Source of the DNA: Schizochytrium sp. TIO01
Taxonomy: Eukaryota > Protista > Bigyra: Labyrinthulomycetes
Length of the DNA: 64,000 nucleotides
Assembly (NCBI GenBank): GCA_004764695.1
Contig: SMSO01000034.1
Location: 620,001 to 684,000 of the forward strand
Direction: 5' to 3'
Under the pieces are notes generated by a model. It was not told the DNA's origin, ran no database searches, and worked only from the letters and a program-made list of their open reading frames with translations. A program made the position numbers and the translations under genes. How positions within the stretch are numbered: the stretch's first letter is position 1; each line of letters starts with the position of its first letter. Below, in pieces: positions 32,484 to 44,732 of this stretch.

Positions 32484-34016
32484 TTAAGGTTTACCTTGAT
32501 GAGTTTGAAAATTGTCCACAAGCCGATGAATCAGTTTAGAAGTGATGTTCAATTTACTCTCGTTGAGATCGCGGCTTAACGCTGCTGTCACTGGGTGTAA
32601 TGCAATCCTTGCGTCAACAATTTCAGCAATTCGTGATGTTTTGTATAAATCAGCGCTTTTTTGAGCTTCAGTATCAGCGTTGGCCAGAGCTTGGTCGCCT
32701 CTACGTATTCGTTCAAAAGTAGCTTCAAGGGTATCTTGTTCCATCTTGTCAACGAGGTGAACAAGGTCTGCAGCTTCCTCTGGGTCAACTTCGTCATCTT
32801 CATCTTCTGAACTACTGGAATACGAGTTAGCTGAATTGGCAATATTGTCTTCCAATCTCTTTGATCCTGAAAATCCAAATTTCACAGTTCCGTCATTTAG
32901 ATCAATTCGAAATAGCCTAGACGACGTCAGATCGGCAGCTGCTTTGGCAGTTCCTCCAGCTTCACCATTCATATCGGTTTCTCCTCCAGGTAAAAACTGC
33001 TCCGAAGTAATAGCTCTGGCCCCACCCGAGCGAACGACATGCTCAAAGCGTTGAAGCTTCTTTCTGACCTCGGGATCATCGGGTACACGGAAAGCAGTCC
33101 ATGGTTGAGAAGCATGGTAAGTCTCTGTTTTTTTTTCAGGATAACATTGAAGAATACGTGTTGGAGGACGAAAATCTGGATCATACCCAGGGGGGTAACG
33201 ACTTGCATCCGCAGTAAACCAGAGAGCACTAACTCTGACACCCATAGTATTGTGCAAAATGCGTAGATGAGCTGATTTCTCAACAAATAATTTGCTACTG
33301 AGAGCATGAGGATACCTTTGCCAATGCCACTCCCTCTGTTCACAAATGCTATTTTTCAGCCTCCACTGCTCAGAGTGCCATTTGTTGTTTATTTTTACCT
33401 GTAGAAGACTCACACCCTCACGAAAATCTGGTAATGATACACGGATCCATAGATAATGCAGAGTTTTATGTGATGGGACCTCTGACAGAACCAATCCATA
33501 GGAGCTTGACGCACTGGTGTCATGAAGGTGTTTTAGGCCACCAATGCTTACGGATGTAGTAGACACTGTCACAAACTGCTGATCCCAATCATGAAACCTT
33601 TGTTGTACAGGAAGAGTATCATCGTCCGCGTTATTTTCGTCTTCTTCTGCATCATTTGCTGCATCTGGCTTCGTTGTATTTTGGACACTCTCAAAGGCTG
33701 AGTCAATCCAATCTCTGCCTTTGACCTTTCGTTCAGCAAGACTCAGGGGCGCGACGACATCACGTGCATACACAGCCATGTGGACTACATTTGGAATCAT
33801 ATCCCATGGTTCGTAATATGCAGACTCGGTGCTTGACGTACTTGATGAATCCGAAAAGCTCGAGTCATCGTCAGCATCTGGATCATTATCACTGCTGCTC
33901 TCACTATCATTCCTCAATATTTTGTTCTGGCGAGCACCCCGTTCTTCTTGTGCACGTCCCAGGCCAGTTGCTTCTTTATAGCTTTGGTCGTCATCGTTTG
34001 TGTCAGAGTCGCTCAT
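32484..34016 (-). CDS. Hypothetical protein with acidic low-complexity regions and a central Trp-rich beta-rich domain
   Basis: About 510-aa ATG-initiated ORF (MSDSDTNDDD) lying between two clear genes. Confidence 0.75.
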   Translation of the reverse strand: MSDSDTNDDDQSYKEATGLGRAQEERGARQNKILRNDSESSSDNDPDADDDSSFSDSSSTSSTESAYYEPWDMIPNVVHMAVYARDVVAPLSLAERKVKGRDWIDSAFESVQNTTKPDAANDAEEDENNADDDTLPVQQRFHDWDQQFVTVSTTSVSIGGLKHLHDTSASSSYGLVLSEVPSHKTLHYLWIRVSLPDFREGVSLLQVKINNKWHSEQWRLKNSICEQREWHWQRYPHALSSKLFVEKSAHLRILHNTMGVRVSALWFTADASRYPPGYDPDFRPPTRILQCYPEKKTETYHASQPWTAFRVPDDPEVRKKLQRFEHVVRSGGARAITSEQFLPGGETDMNGEAGGTAKAAADLTSSRLFRIDLNDGTVKFGFSGSKRLEDNIANSANSYSSSSEDEDDEVDPEEAADLVHLVDKMEQDTLEATFERIRRGDQALANADTEAQKSADLYKTSRIAEIVDARIALHPVTAALSRDLNESKLNITSKLIHRLVDNFQTHQGKP

Positions 34017-34823
34017 CTCTGTGGTTTGAAACAAAGAGTTCGCCTTCTTCACTAACAACGGCTTCACAGCTAGCTGAGACCCACGTGGCCGTGGACAATT
34101 CCTTGTCACCTGTATAGTCCGTGTTGCTTGAATTATTGCAATATCTATGCTAGCAGGCACCAGCACGGAATTGAGCAAAGATGCTTTATATGGGAACAGA
34201 AACCCGTTAGTAAAGGTGTGCACTAAATATGAGTCGAATGCGACCTCTACTGTCTCACTCCCATTCTTTTGTTGTATAAGCAGAAAAATTTATTGGGTTT
34301 CTCCGATGAAGTGGTTCAAACTTTAATATGAAACATTATTGTCCACGTGAGAGTTCTATCATAGGTTTGTTGTTTTGTTCTGTTTTTTTCTTCTTTTTCA
34401 TTTTTTCTGTAGAATCTAATTATAAAAATTAGTTAGAACAATTTTATTTTTTTCCAAAATCTTTAAAGTCAAGCAGGAATGTGCACGGGAACAAAGTCCA
34501 GGCTGATAGCCATCGAAAATATTGAGCGCAAAAGACCACGACAATTTACTTTTTTAGCAAGGTAAGTAGAAACCAAAACAAAAGACGAACAAATCTATAG
34601 GGCAAGATGCGTAAAAAAGACAATGCAGGTTGACGTGTTAATGGATGCGATGGAAAACATGACGAGCGCATGGGACAGGGCACCTTCATTTGCTATCAGC
34701 ATTTCAAATATATCGTAACAACCTTTAAAGTTGAGCTGAAGATGTTTCTAGAGATGAAGTAGCAAGAACGAGAAGTAGGATACCAGGAATGTGAGAGAGG
34801 GGTACTAGGAATGAAACAGAAAG

Positions 34824-35633
34824 CTAACGTGAAGACGAGACAGCAGGACCAACAAGCAAGAATTGCCAACGGGAAAGTGGCGTACGTTCAAGCTTGGAGA
34901 CGGAACCTGTCTGCAGGTGATCACCGTAACGGTGAAGAGCAGGCGGGTACTCACCCTGGAACCCAGTTCGTGAAATTTGTAAGACATCACCATGAGCCAC
35001 AATCACAATAATTTTGCCCTTGAATTCCCGATCTAGTGCAACAATCTTGCCAGCTGCGCGTTTAAGAACTGATGCAATCGACTCAGCACCAAACTGTTCG
35101 TGCAAGATAGAGTGTTCGTCAAAGTTCCACACATCTTTGTACTTTTCGTCTGATTGGCCGTCAAGTGATCCAAAGAATCGCTCACGGAACTCGATACAGG
35201 TCTGGACTTCTGAAGCAGGAACTCCAAGCTCCTCTGCCACAATAGCTGCTGTTCTACGTGTACGTGTGAAGTCAGAGCATCGAACGATAACATTCTCAGG
35301 GATTTTGTCTTCAGGAATGCCCTTTTCCGCGCAATATGCCTTGAGGCGATTTCCTGCACGTCTAGCTTGTTCCTCACCCCGAGGTGTTAGCGTGTGTTTC
35401 TTTGTTCCTACATCTGGATGACTACTGATAATTCCTGCTACGTTCGCTTCACTTTGCCCGTGACGCACCAAGAAGATCTCATTCTGAAATGGTGCCCCAT
35501 TTCTGAAGCTTGCAGCAAGGTCATACCCAAGCAACGCACAGCGCTGACGATATCTTCTAAGGAACACTAGCAATGCTGTGGCAGTCACTGCGAAGGCAGC
35601 TGCTGCAGTGCTAGACGCGTGTGAGGATGGCAT
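34824..35633 (-). CDS. Histidine phosphatase (phosphoglycerate mutase-like) with N-terminal signal anchor
   Basis: FLVRHGQSEAN, LTPRGEEQA, SDFTRTRRTA, FRERFFG, VAHGD. Hydrophobic N-terminal stretch followed by RRYR. First ATG at 35633. Confidence 0.88.
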   Translation of the reverse strand: MPSSHASSTAAAAFAVTATALLVFLRRYRQRCALLGYDLAASFRNGAPFQNEIFLVRHGQSEANVAGIISSHPDVGTKKHTLTPRGEEQARRAGNRLKAYCAEKGIPEDKIPENVIVRCSDFTRTRRTAAIVAEELGVPASEVQTCIEFRERFFGSLDGQSDEKYKDVWNFDEHSILHEQFGAESIASVLKRAAGKIVALDREFKGKIIVIVAHGDVLQISRTGFQGEYPPALHRYGDHLQTGSVSKLERTPLSRWQFLLVGPAVSSSR

Positions 35634-36721
35634 CGTACAGCTTTTATACAGCGTTGGTCTCACTCAGGCCTCAAGTCGTATATTGACAAATTGACTCCTT
35701 CTTCGCCTTTGCGAGAAAAAGGTTCTTGGGTAAAACGAGGACTCGTCACTGAAGAAACCCGCCCACAAATCCGTCTCTGGCAAAGGTTGCGCCCGCGTTC
35801 GATAGGAGATATACTCTTGTTTTAGGTTGCTTAGTGGACTTAATCCCTTTTCGTGTCGATGCGCATCAGTAACTTGCTCGCTCAAGGACGCAGCGCAATC
35901 GGTTCGCAGGTGAAAATGGTTCGAGAGAGGATAAATGGTATTTGATCGAAGTACTATCGCTCTGCTTCAAGCTTTTCCTGATAAAACTATCTTTAATTTA
36001 TGTCCCTTTTCTCTTAACGCCGTATCTTGGCCAAGCTGAGTTAACTTTATCAACCAACATTCAGGACCTCCAAGCGTCTGCGCAGCTTGCTAGCTTTAAT
36101 GACAGTGTTCTCTTTACTTGAAGTAGACTCAAGCTGAGGTGGTCCCTGAGTATCTCATCATTTCTTCGACTTGATTCTTTTCGTTTCTCAAACATAGCAG
36201 CTTCAAACACGACTAACTACAGCGAAATTATGGGCAACCTTATCATGAGACAGAGACACCTACCCAACCTACTATAGCACTAACAGTCGTATGAAACACT
36301 ATACTGCTACTACGTACTGCCTAGTTCTTGGTTTCTCAATTGTTCCTCGTCTCCACATTCTGAAGACAATGTACTAGCACAAAGGTCACTTACACGATGC
36401 AAACTATATAAAGACACTTCGCATTGTTTGCTTTTGGCTCACGAATGGTCATCAACCAACAATGATAAGCAGAACAAGGTTGCTGATCTCCGTAAATCTG
36501 TGAGTCTTTTTTATCCCACCACGAAGTTTTAATTAAACCTCTAGAGATATAAATAAACAGAACTAAGTAGCGAGCTCCCTAGTTCTCACTCACGACGGTC
36601 TAAGTATCATAAAGTTATCCCTCCATAACAACCGATTCTATCCTTAAGGCTGAGGAGCAGAACCGGAATACCAAAATAGGCTGGGCTTCTCTGATCACGA
36701 CGCTCGAGTTAACCCGCTGCG

Positions 36722-37972
36722 ATGGACGTAGCGTGGCTAGTGGGAGTGACCCTGGCGGTGGCCGCTGCTGCGGCTGCAGCTCTAGGCGATAACCTCGTGA
36801 AGAACGCGTATCTGGCTCAGCATCGAGATATCAGAAAGCGCAAAGAACGATGTCGCGTTTCTAGTGCCAGTGGCAGCTACAACAACAACAGCAATCAGGA
36901 TAACAATAGGAATATTAATAGGAATGGTAATAGCACAACGTGTGTGACAGAACGGGTTGAAGTAGGATACCACAATCAGCAACCGCTGCAGGAACAGCAG
37001 CAGCGGAATCTTTTAAGCCAAAACGGGTCTGTGGGAGAGGGTGAGGATGTCAAGCCTTTGTGGAAACGGCCGGTCTGGGTTGCAGGAATATTTTGCATGG
37101 TGGTGCTCAACGCAGGCCTCACTGTAGCTTCGTTTGCATTTGTAGACGCATCCATTACTATCCCGTTTGGAGGCTTACATATTTGTTTCAACATTCCCCT
37201 TGCGAAGTATATCAATGGAGAAAGATTTTCTTTGCGAGCAATTCTTTTCAATGGACTGATCTTGCTAGGCGTAATGATTGTACTTTTCTCTGGAAACCAT
37301 CATAGCCAAACTTTCACCGCTGAGGAGCTTTTGGAAATAGCTGCTGCTCCTGCCTTTATTGTGGCGTCTATTCTTATGGTGATATCAACGGTGATGATCT
37401 GGACTTTCCTGGCAAAGTCAAAGGAAGTGGCTCGCGAACGACTAGGTTGGACATTGTTCGCTGGAATGGTTGGTAGTATTACTCAAACATTTACAAAGGG
37501 AATGTCTGAATGTCTTAAAGATGGCGCTTGGAATATGCCCATAACTTATGTGTTTATTATTCTAACAATTGCATCGGCGCTGAGCCAGGTTGTATTCCTG
37601 AATAAATGCTTAGACAATTACCCCGCATTTTTTGTTGTGCCTTTGGTGAATAGTACCATCATTATTGTGGGGTCAGTATATGCAGCAATATATTTCCAAG
37701 AGGTCAATCGTTGGGACTTGAAAAGTCGAATTTGTGTGCCTGCGGGTATTTTTGTCACCGGCCTTGGTATCTTGCTTCTCTCATTTGCCGAGCCGGAAAA
37801 AGAGTTGGAACAAGAATTAGATGAGAGCGACAGTGAAGATGTTGAGACACGTAGAGGCGGAGGCCTCTCGAATAGTTTTGGTCACGAAGGTCTTGAGGAG
37901 GATTCATCTCTCATGCGACCTCTCACGGAACAAACTGGGAATGATTATTCTTCGATGAGACAAGGTCACTAG
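36722..37972 (+). CDS. NIPA-type (DMT superfamily) probable Mg2+ transporter
   Basis: About 9 hydrophobic helices; LWKRPVWVAG, SFAFVDASITIPFG, QVVFLNKCL, AIYFQE motifs. Confidence 0.8.
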   Translation: MDVAWLVGVTLAVAAAAAAALGDNLVKNAYLAQHRDIRKRKERCRVSSASGSYNNNSNQDNNRNINRNGNSTTCVTERVEVGYHNQQPLQEQQQRNLLSQNGSVGEGEDVKPLWKRPVWVAGIFCMVVLNAGLTVASFAFVDASITIPFGGLHICFNIPLAKYINGERFSLRAILFNGLILLGVMIVLFSGNHHSQTFTAEELLEIAAAPAFIVASILMVISTVMIWTFLAKSKEVARERLGWTLFAGMVGSITQTFTKGMSECLKDGAWNMPITYVFIILTIASALSQVVFLNKCLDNYPAFFVVPLVNSTIIIVGSVYAAIYFQEVNRWDLKSRICVPAGIFVTGLGILLLSFAEPEKELEQELDESDSEDVETRRGGGLSNSFGHEGLEEDSSLMRPLTEQTGNDYSSMRQGH

Positions 37973-38440
37973 TAAATAGTCTTTTTCGGGTTTATCTATT
38001 TACTGAACGTTTTACAATGTGTGCTCTTCTTTATTTGTTCACTTGAGTAAAATCAAGAAATTAGAAGTTGAAGCTGTTTGGTGTTGGTTCTCACTAGGTA
38101 GCATCGGAGGTCTGTGGAGTCAGACATGAATCAATGCATATTTATATCTTCCGATTCTAGACACGAAATTAACCGAAGTATATTTTAGTTTTTGATTAGA
38201 TATAAACGTCGCTTAATCTACTTGATTGATAATTATCAACCAATAAACAAAAAAGAGAAGGTTTGGGATGTTAGACGATACAATCGATCAAGATTGTTGG
38301 CTTTCGAGTTTAAATCAATGTTTTTTTAATTTAGGGAGTCTTCTGAGAAAGAAAAAAATAGCGGCCGACTCGAATTACAGAATACCAAGAAGCGCAGCTA
38401 AACAAGAAAAGCTGATTATGAGTAAGAATTTAAGTTTTTA

Positions 38441-40969
38441 TTAGCTTGCGAAAGCAGTTTGTGCAGAGTTCGAAGTAATTTGGTTGGTTCCAGGAATATC
38501 AACCTTGGCGGGCATAGATTTGTTGGTATTTTCTTGTTGTCCCTTTTCTTCCTCGCTCTGGCCAAAATCAACTTGGTGGTCGGCTACGGGCTCCCCATCC
38601 TGTTGCCTATCGCTATCAGAAGATGTGCCAAGGGTTTTTGCCTCAGGAACTGAACTAACCTCAGAAATTGACTTCGGTGGGACCATATCTACGGGGCAGC
38701 GGACATACATGGACTTAGTGCTGCTATTGTCGTAGATGTAGTCAATAACACTTTTGAACTTCTTGTCAACATAATCGCGCTTGAGTTTGAGGGTCGGTGT
38801 GAGTTCACCACCCACAATTGAAACGTCATAAGGTAAAATGGTAAAGGACTGAACTTTCCAAGCGTTGTTGTGGCACACAGCACCATCAGCATTGGCAGCC
38901 TTGATGGCTTGTTCGATATGAGCAATCCATTTTTCATCGTGGACGGCATCGGGAATGCTTTTACATCCTCGTGAGCCAATAGAACGAACATCAGGATCAA
39001 GCATATCAGACCCAGGAAATTCACCAGTAGCACCATCAGCTCGAAGGGTAATAAGCATGATATTAAATTTTCGCTGATCACCAATCATGATGGCATTTGC
39101 AATACCCGGGGCGTTAATTTTGACCGAATTCTCCATGGGTTGGGGTGCAATATTCTCACCACCAGCACCAATGATGATTTCCTTGTAGCGGCCTGTGATT
39201 ACGAACATATTGTCCAACGAGCATGCTCCTTTGTCTCCACTATGATACCATCCAGTTTCATCAATAGAATCAGCAGTTTTCTTCTCGATCATCTCTACAT
39301 GTTCTTCACCAAGTTTGGGATTGGCCAGATAGCCCATCATAACGGAGCGGCCACGGTAGCATAGCTCACCTTGCTCTTCTTCTGTAGCTTGAAAGGCATT
39401 TGTGGCGCGCGGAGCTTCTTGCATATCGTACATTTCGACAATGCTACCACGAGCATTAAAAATGCGCACTTCAGAGCCAGGAAGGACGTGGCCAACTGTT
39501 CCAAAACGGTGTGCCTGAGGGGAGTTGCCGGTGATGCCTCCAGTACTCTCACTAGCACCATAAACATCAAGAATGGCAATGCCAATCGAAGCAAAATATT
39601 CTTGGACCTCGCGAGGCATTGGTGCAGCCCCGGTGAGTGCAAACTTGAGTTGGTCAAGGCCCAGCGCCTCCTTGACCTTGCTGAGCACAGTCTTCTCCGC
39701 GAAAGAGTAGTTAGCAGGAATTTTGCCAGATCCACCCAGCTCGAGATTGCGTTGGTAAAGGACAGACTTGTTCTTGCAGTACAAGACGATTTTTTTCTTG
39801 AGACCCTTGACAGCAGCACCCTTAGCCTTCATCTTAGCCATGATCTTTTCGTAAACACGTGGGACACCAAGAAACGCGGTTGGATGCACTGCTCTCATCC
39901 GGTCAACGAGGGTACCAGTCTTGAGGTCATATGGGCGCACGAAGAAAACACTGTGCGACGCAGGCTGTGACGCTGTAGTCATCACCGGTAGAAGAATGTC
40001 CATTTCCTCTCCAGCAATGTGTGAGAGAGGTAGGTATGACAAAGAGCGTTCCGGAGCATTGGCATCCCGTCCAAAGTTAGGCAAGCAACTAAAGATACTA
40101 GCGATAGTAAATGTAAGGTTATCATGACTGAGCATGACAGCCTTCGGCAAACCAGTTGTACCACTTGTGAAGACCAGCTGAGCACACTCACGAGGGTCTT
40201 GTTCATCGATGCGCTTGTCCACAAGGTGCGCATCCTGGTTTTTACCCAAGGTGATTGCCTCGTCCCACGTCATGACCTTGATGGTTGTTCCATCTTCACG
40301 AGCGATGGACTTGGTGGAGGGTGAGCATGCCCAGCACACGATGGCTTTGAGATGCGCAGCCTCAGAAGAGCATTCGCGAATACGCTCGAACTCATCTTCT
40401 GTACCACAGAATGCTACAGCAGCATCTGTATAGCAAAGTTTGTAGTGAATCTGCTCCCTCGTATCAGTAGGGTAAATACCAGCTGGGAGAGTCGAGGAAA
40501 GTACAGCGGCCATGCTGGACATCACCCAAAATGGGGAATTAAATCCGAAGATGCAGATACCATCAAATTTTTCTGCTCCAAAGTTGATGATTGTGCGAGC
40601 CATAAGGTGAGAGTCATTATAGTACTCGCCCCAGGTCCAAGTGCGCCATTGATCTAGGGGCAGGGTCTCAGGCACTTTGCCATCGGCTCCGATTTCTGGA
40701 ACAGGCCATTCGACTGCAAGAGCAAGTTCATTTTTAGAAGACTCTGCTGCCTTTTTGAATAGGGCAGAGAGAGTTGTAGCAGGTGTTTCTTGTTCGCTCG
40801 CCATGCCTGAGGCGGCATACAAAATGTCTCGGCGTTCATTTTTTCGAGTAACATAGTAAGGGCCTTTTTCTGCGACATACGGTCCAGAAACATTTTCATT
40901 CGTCAGCTCGTAGCCTACAACTCGAGGAACCCCGCCGGGCGGCGCAGGCTTAGACGCTGAGCAGCCCAT
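38441..40969 (-). CDS. Long-chain fatty acyl-CoA synthetase, bubblegum (ACSBG) type; predicted dual N-acylation
   Basis: IFGFNSPFW, VFTSGTTGLPKAVMLSHDN, SYLPLSHIA, FLGVPRVYEK, VYGASE, YHSGDKG, ITGRYKEIIIGAGGENIAP, GGELTPTLKLKR. Starts MGCSASK at ATG 40969. Confidence 0.92.
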   Translation of the reverse strand: MGCSASKPAPPGGVPRVVGYELTNENVSGPYVAEKGPYYVTRKNERRDILYAASGMASEQETPATTLSALFKKAAESSKNELALAVEWPVPEIGADGKVPETLPLDQWRTWTWGEYYNDSHLMARTIINFGAEKFDGICIFGFNSPFWVMSSMAAVLSSTLPAGIYPTDTREQIHYKLCYTDAAVAFCGTEDEFERIRECSSEAAHLKAIVCWACSPSTKSIAREDGTTIKVMTWDEAITLGKNQDAHLVDKRIDEQDPRECAQLVFTSGTTGLPKAVMLSHDNLTFTIASIFSCLPNFGRDANAPERSLSYLPLSHIAGEEMDILLPVMTTASQPASHSVFFVRPYDLKTGTLVDRMRAVHPTAFLGVPRVYEKIMAKMKAKGAAVKGLKKKIVLYCKNKSVLYQRNLELGGSGKIPANYSFAEKTVLSKVKEALGLDQLKFALTGAAPMPREVQEYFASIGIAILDVYGASESTGGITGNSPQAHRFGTVGHVLPGSEVRIFNARGSIVEMYDMQEAPRATNAFQATEEEQGELCYRGRSVMMGYLANPKLGEEHVEMIEKKTADSIDETGWYHSGDKGACSLDNMFVITGRYKEIIIGAGGENIAPQPMENSVKINAPGIANAIMIGDQRKFNIMLITLRADGATGEFPGSDMLDPDVRSIGSRGCKSIPDAVHDEKWIAHIEQAIKAANADGAVCHNNAWKVQSFTILPYDVSIVGGELTPTLKLKRDYVDKKFKSVIDYIYDNSSTKSMYVRCPVDMVPPKSISEVSSVPEAKTLGTSSDSDRQQDGEPVADHQVDFGQSEEEKGQQENTNKSMPAKVDIPGTNQITSNSAQTAFAS

Positions 40970-43346
40970 GCTCTCTGCTGATTTCTTACGAGTACTTTTC
41001 AAGACCCTCTCCCTCTCTCTCTCTCTCTCTCTCTCCGCGCTCTACAAGGCTGGTTCAGTCTAAAGATCTAGAGAGCTAATTTGGGTTCTGGGTTTGGAAT
41101 TTGCCTCGAAGGAGTTCTTTCTTTCGATAGTTTGTTTTCTTACACTACGCATTTGATAAAACAATACCACCTAGTGTTTTGGTTGTTTAGATGTAGTTTT
41201 GATCTTTAAAAAAATAAATAAAAATAAATTAAAGTACAGTTCTTCAGATGCTATCTGAGTTCTTAAGAAGGCGGGTGATCAGTTATATTTCTAAAAGTTT
41301 TATTCGTAACGTGTTTTAATTTTAAAAAATCCTTTCACAACAAGGGAAAAACTAAAGTGTTCATGACGGTCACGTTTTATAACTTCTCCAACCGCATTTG
41401 GACCCAAGTGTATTCTTCTGCACGATCTCTACTCCTCCAGCATCTTGGCCGTCTACTTAGGTCGAACCATGGGGCCCTCCTCTCCGTGCTGGCATCGGCC
41501 TCTTTCCCTTCGGTTTCCATGGGTTTCTTTCGCGCTGTGTGAGACCATTTCCAGATCCACCGCACTCTCTGTAAAACCCACTCACTCGCTTTAAGGAGAA
41601 AGGCCGAAGAGAGAAGAAAACAATCAATTTGCTCAGAGCAGAAGAAGTCCCCACAACTTTCCGTGTGCGAAGCAAAGCTTTGCAATGAGATTCTGAAAAG
41701 CAGATGGTTAGAGATGGAGGGACGATTTATTGCCTGGTGCGGCGGAGACCTTGAGTCGTATTATGGGAGGAGAAGGCCGCATGCTCCGTCAGAGGCTTCG
41801 TGAGTCCGAGTCCTTCTCTGCAGCTCCCGAAGCTCAAAGCAAGAGTTTTTTTGTTTTAGTTTTTGTTATTACTTTAATTTAAATGAAAAATAAACCTAAG
41901 TAGGCAATAGAGAGGAAGGATGTCCTGCTAATACTTGCTTATCTTCTTCTACAAAGATTTTCATCAGCCACAACAACAACAACAACAATGAAAAAATCAT
42001 TTTATTCTTTTGAAATTGAGTGGACTCTGAAAAGAAGATGGAACCTGAGATGGAAAATCTAACCTAAACTCTTCTGAACAGCTAGGGACGATCGATATTA
42101 AGCATCGCCGTGTCACGATCTCGAGATCCTGCCGTTCTTCAGAACAGCTTGCTTGCCTGCTTGCTTGACAGCTTGACAGCTTGATGGCGATGACCTTGAA
42201 TTGAGGCCTGCCTGGTCAAGCAATGGCAGTTCTCGATGCTCATGAGCATGAAGCGTCAACACAGATCAGCTACACTTACGAGCACTATCACAAGGTCTCT
42301 CCAGTGTCGCAGCTGCTTCTGGTTCTAGCTTGAGTACTCATGAAAATACATACAAGCTGGAGCATTTGACCCGCCATGCTTTTGCCTGTGCATAACTTTG
42401 CTGCTAAGGATGGATTTGTGATAGAACCACGCATGAATTGAGTTCCCTCTGCAGTAGCAAATCGATTTTCTTATCCACGTCCCTGATACAGAGTGCTTTA
42501 GGCTCTGGCCAGATACAGAGCGCCTCAGGGCGTCTTGATTCCATGTCTCCCCTCAAACCGTTCTCTCCTCCGCAGACTGGTGTACGATATTCGAGTTGAC
42601 AACTTGAGAATCAATCTCCATCTCCAGTTCACTTTACGACCGCAACTGCTACTACTTTCAATTTTTTAACCCTATTTATCTATCGAAAAATAGCTATTTT
42701 CAATGTCTACTTCTCTCCCCAAAAGCTATTACTAAGAACTGACTGCCCGAAGCTAATAAGAACTCAAGCCAGCAGCGTTCGCTCGAGCTGCAACAAAATA
42801 CCACTGCTTTGTTTGTCTACTGCGCGAATATCAGCAAAGCTCAACCCCCCTCCTCCTAAGCGCCGTGCCGCCGACAGACCTCCTTCTACCATTGCCATTG
42901 CCATTGCCAGGGGACCTTCCCTTCAAGCGATGCGCCCGAGCCGCCGCAAAGGCCCAAGTTTCGCGTTTTCAGCCTCTTCCTTAAACTCCTTTCTTTGTTT
43001 CCCCATCTCTCTCTCTCTATGTACCATACATAGGACAATCAATCCTGATCGTTTTTTACCCTCATAGAAACAGACAAACTCCACAGAGACACACACACAC
43101 AGTGAGAAACAGAGACAGAGACAGAGACAGAGTGAGAGAGAGAGAGAGTACTGTCTGTATTGCCTGATGCCTGTGCCTGTGCTGGTTGGCTACGCAGGAG
43201 TTTAACTGGACTCCTTCGTTGGACCTGGATGAGGCGCAGCGTCACAGCGGGGATTCTCCAGCCCAAGCCAAGCAAGCGAGCGAGGACAGCGCGTTTCGAG
43301 AGGCGCGTATCAGCGAATGAGTGGCGACCAAGTCTGACTCTGTAAC

Positions 43347-43416
43347 TAAGTAAGTAAGTAAGTAAGTAAGTGAGTGAGTAAGTAAGTGCGTGAGTGAGTG
43401 AGTGAGTGAGTGAGTA
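43347..43416. repeat. Compound (AAGT)n/(GAGT)n microsatellite
   Basis: Seen directly. Confidence 0.85.
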
Positions 43417-44044
43417 AGGACATGGCTCCACCAAGTTTTATGAAGAAGCAGCGGCAGATGACGAGACAAGGAAACAAGCTGAGCTTTTCGTGCGAGTGGG
43501 CAGCGCTCGCGGGCGTGCAGGGTGCAATTCGAGCGAGCTCATTTCACCCGTTTGGACCACTTCGGTGAAAGCTCTTTCAGAGATCCATCCACACGCACAT
43601 GCGCAGCACGTGGAGGACAACGGACCTCTGTCTATCTATCCTAGTCTATCAAATGATCTATCATTCATAATCTATCAAATGATCTATCTATCTATCTATC
43701 TATATTTTCTTTCTTTCTTGTCCATACGAAGGCTGAAAGGCGGTGCGAGACACCTCCAGCTCCAATCAATGCGGGACGGAGGGAAGGAGCAAGGGGGGAG
43801 CTGCCTCCAGGTCGCCAGCCATGATCATCAGCACCATCACCATTCAGCCATGATCATCATCATCGTGTCTGTGTCCGTGTCCGTGTCCGGGTTCTTCTCC
43901 CTTTCGGGTCTCGAAAATCGCGTCTGCTTCCGGTCTGAGTTTGAGTTTGCCCTCTAAAGCCAGCGGCACACTCCCTCCCTCCCTAGCTAGTACTACCTAC
44001 TTACTGCAGACCTAGCCAACCTACTACTCCTCACCTACTAGCCT

Positions 44045-44086
44045 GCCTAAGCCTACGCCTAAGCCTACGCCTAAGCCTACGCCTAC
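44045..44086. repeat. 12-bp tandem repeat GCCTAAGCCTAC x3.5
   Basis: Seen directly. Confidence 0.8.
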
Positions 44087-44654
44087 TGCGAAAGATGGAA
44101 AGATGGCAGCAACTCCACGCTTCATTAGCTGTCCACGGAACGACCTCAGTCGCTCACAGGAACCAGAAAAGAGCAGGTATGCATGCATGGATGCACGTAT
44201 TAATTTGGTAGCTTTTTAGTTAGTTAGTTAAGAAAGAAAGAAAGAAACTTGAAGGAAGAAAATGATAGATAGAGCAAACAAGGCAGGAACCGAGTGCCTT
44301 TTCAAGCTTGCGATCCCCGCACCGATTCTTTCGCGTTGGTCGGCATCGATCGATTGCCGCGTGGAACGCGTACGCAGGCACATGTCGAGACTGCCAAACG
44401 CAGCGCAGATGCGCCAAACGAGGGCTCAGTCGACACCGAAGAGAGACAGATCCAAGGCCACTGGAATGCCGGCACCTGCGCCTTACCAGGCTAGTTATTC
44501 GGTTCGGTTCTCCTGCATAAATAGATAATAAGCGAATAGATAAGTGAATAGATAAGCGAATAGATGAATAGACGGACAAAAGCATAGCTACGCAGGCAAA
44601 CAAACAATCAAAGTCGCCTCGAACCTCTCCTCTGTCTAATAGATAGATAATACA

Positions 44655-44701
44655 TCATACATACGTACATACATACATACATACATATATACATACATAC
44701 A

Positions 44702-44730
<29 letters not shown>
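44655..44730. repeat. (CATA)n microsatellite
   Basis: Long near-perfect run. Confidence 0.9.

Positions 44731-44732
<2 letters not shown>

Noticed and set aside
34824-35633. Histidine phosphatase as partner of the arsenate-type GAPDH
   Set aside because: 21 kb away with unrelated genes between; no sequence evidence of a functional link
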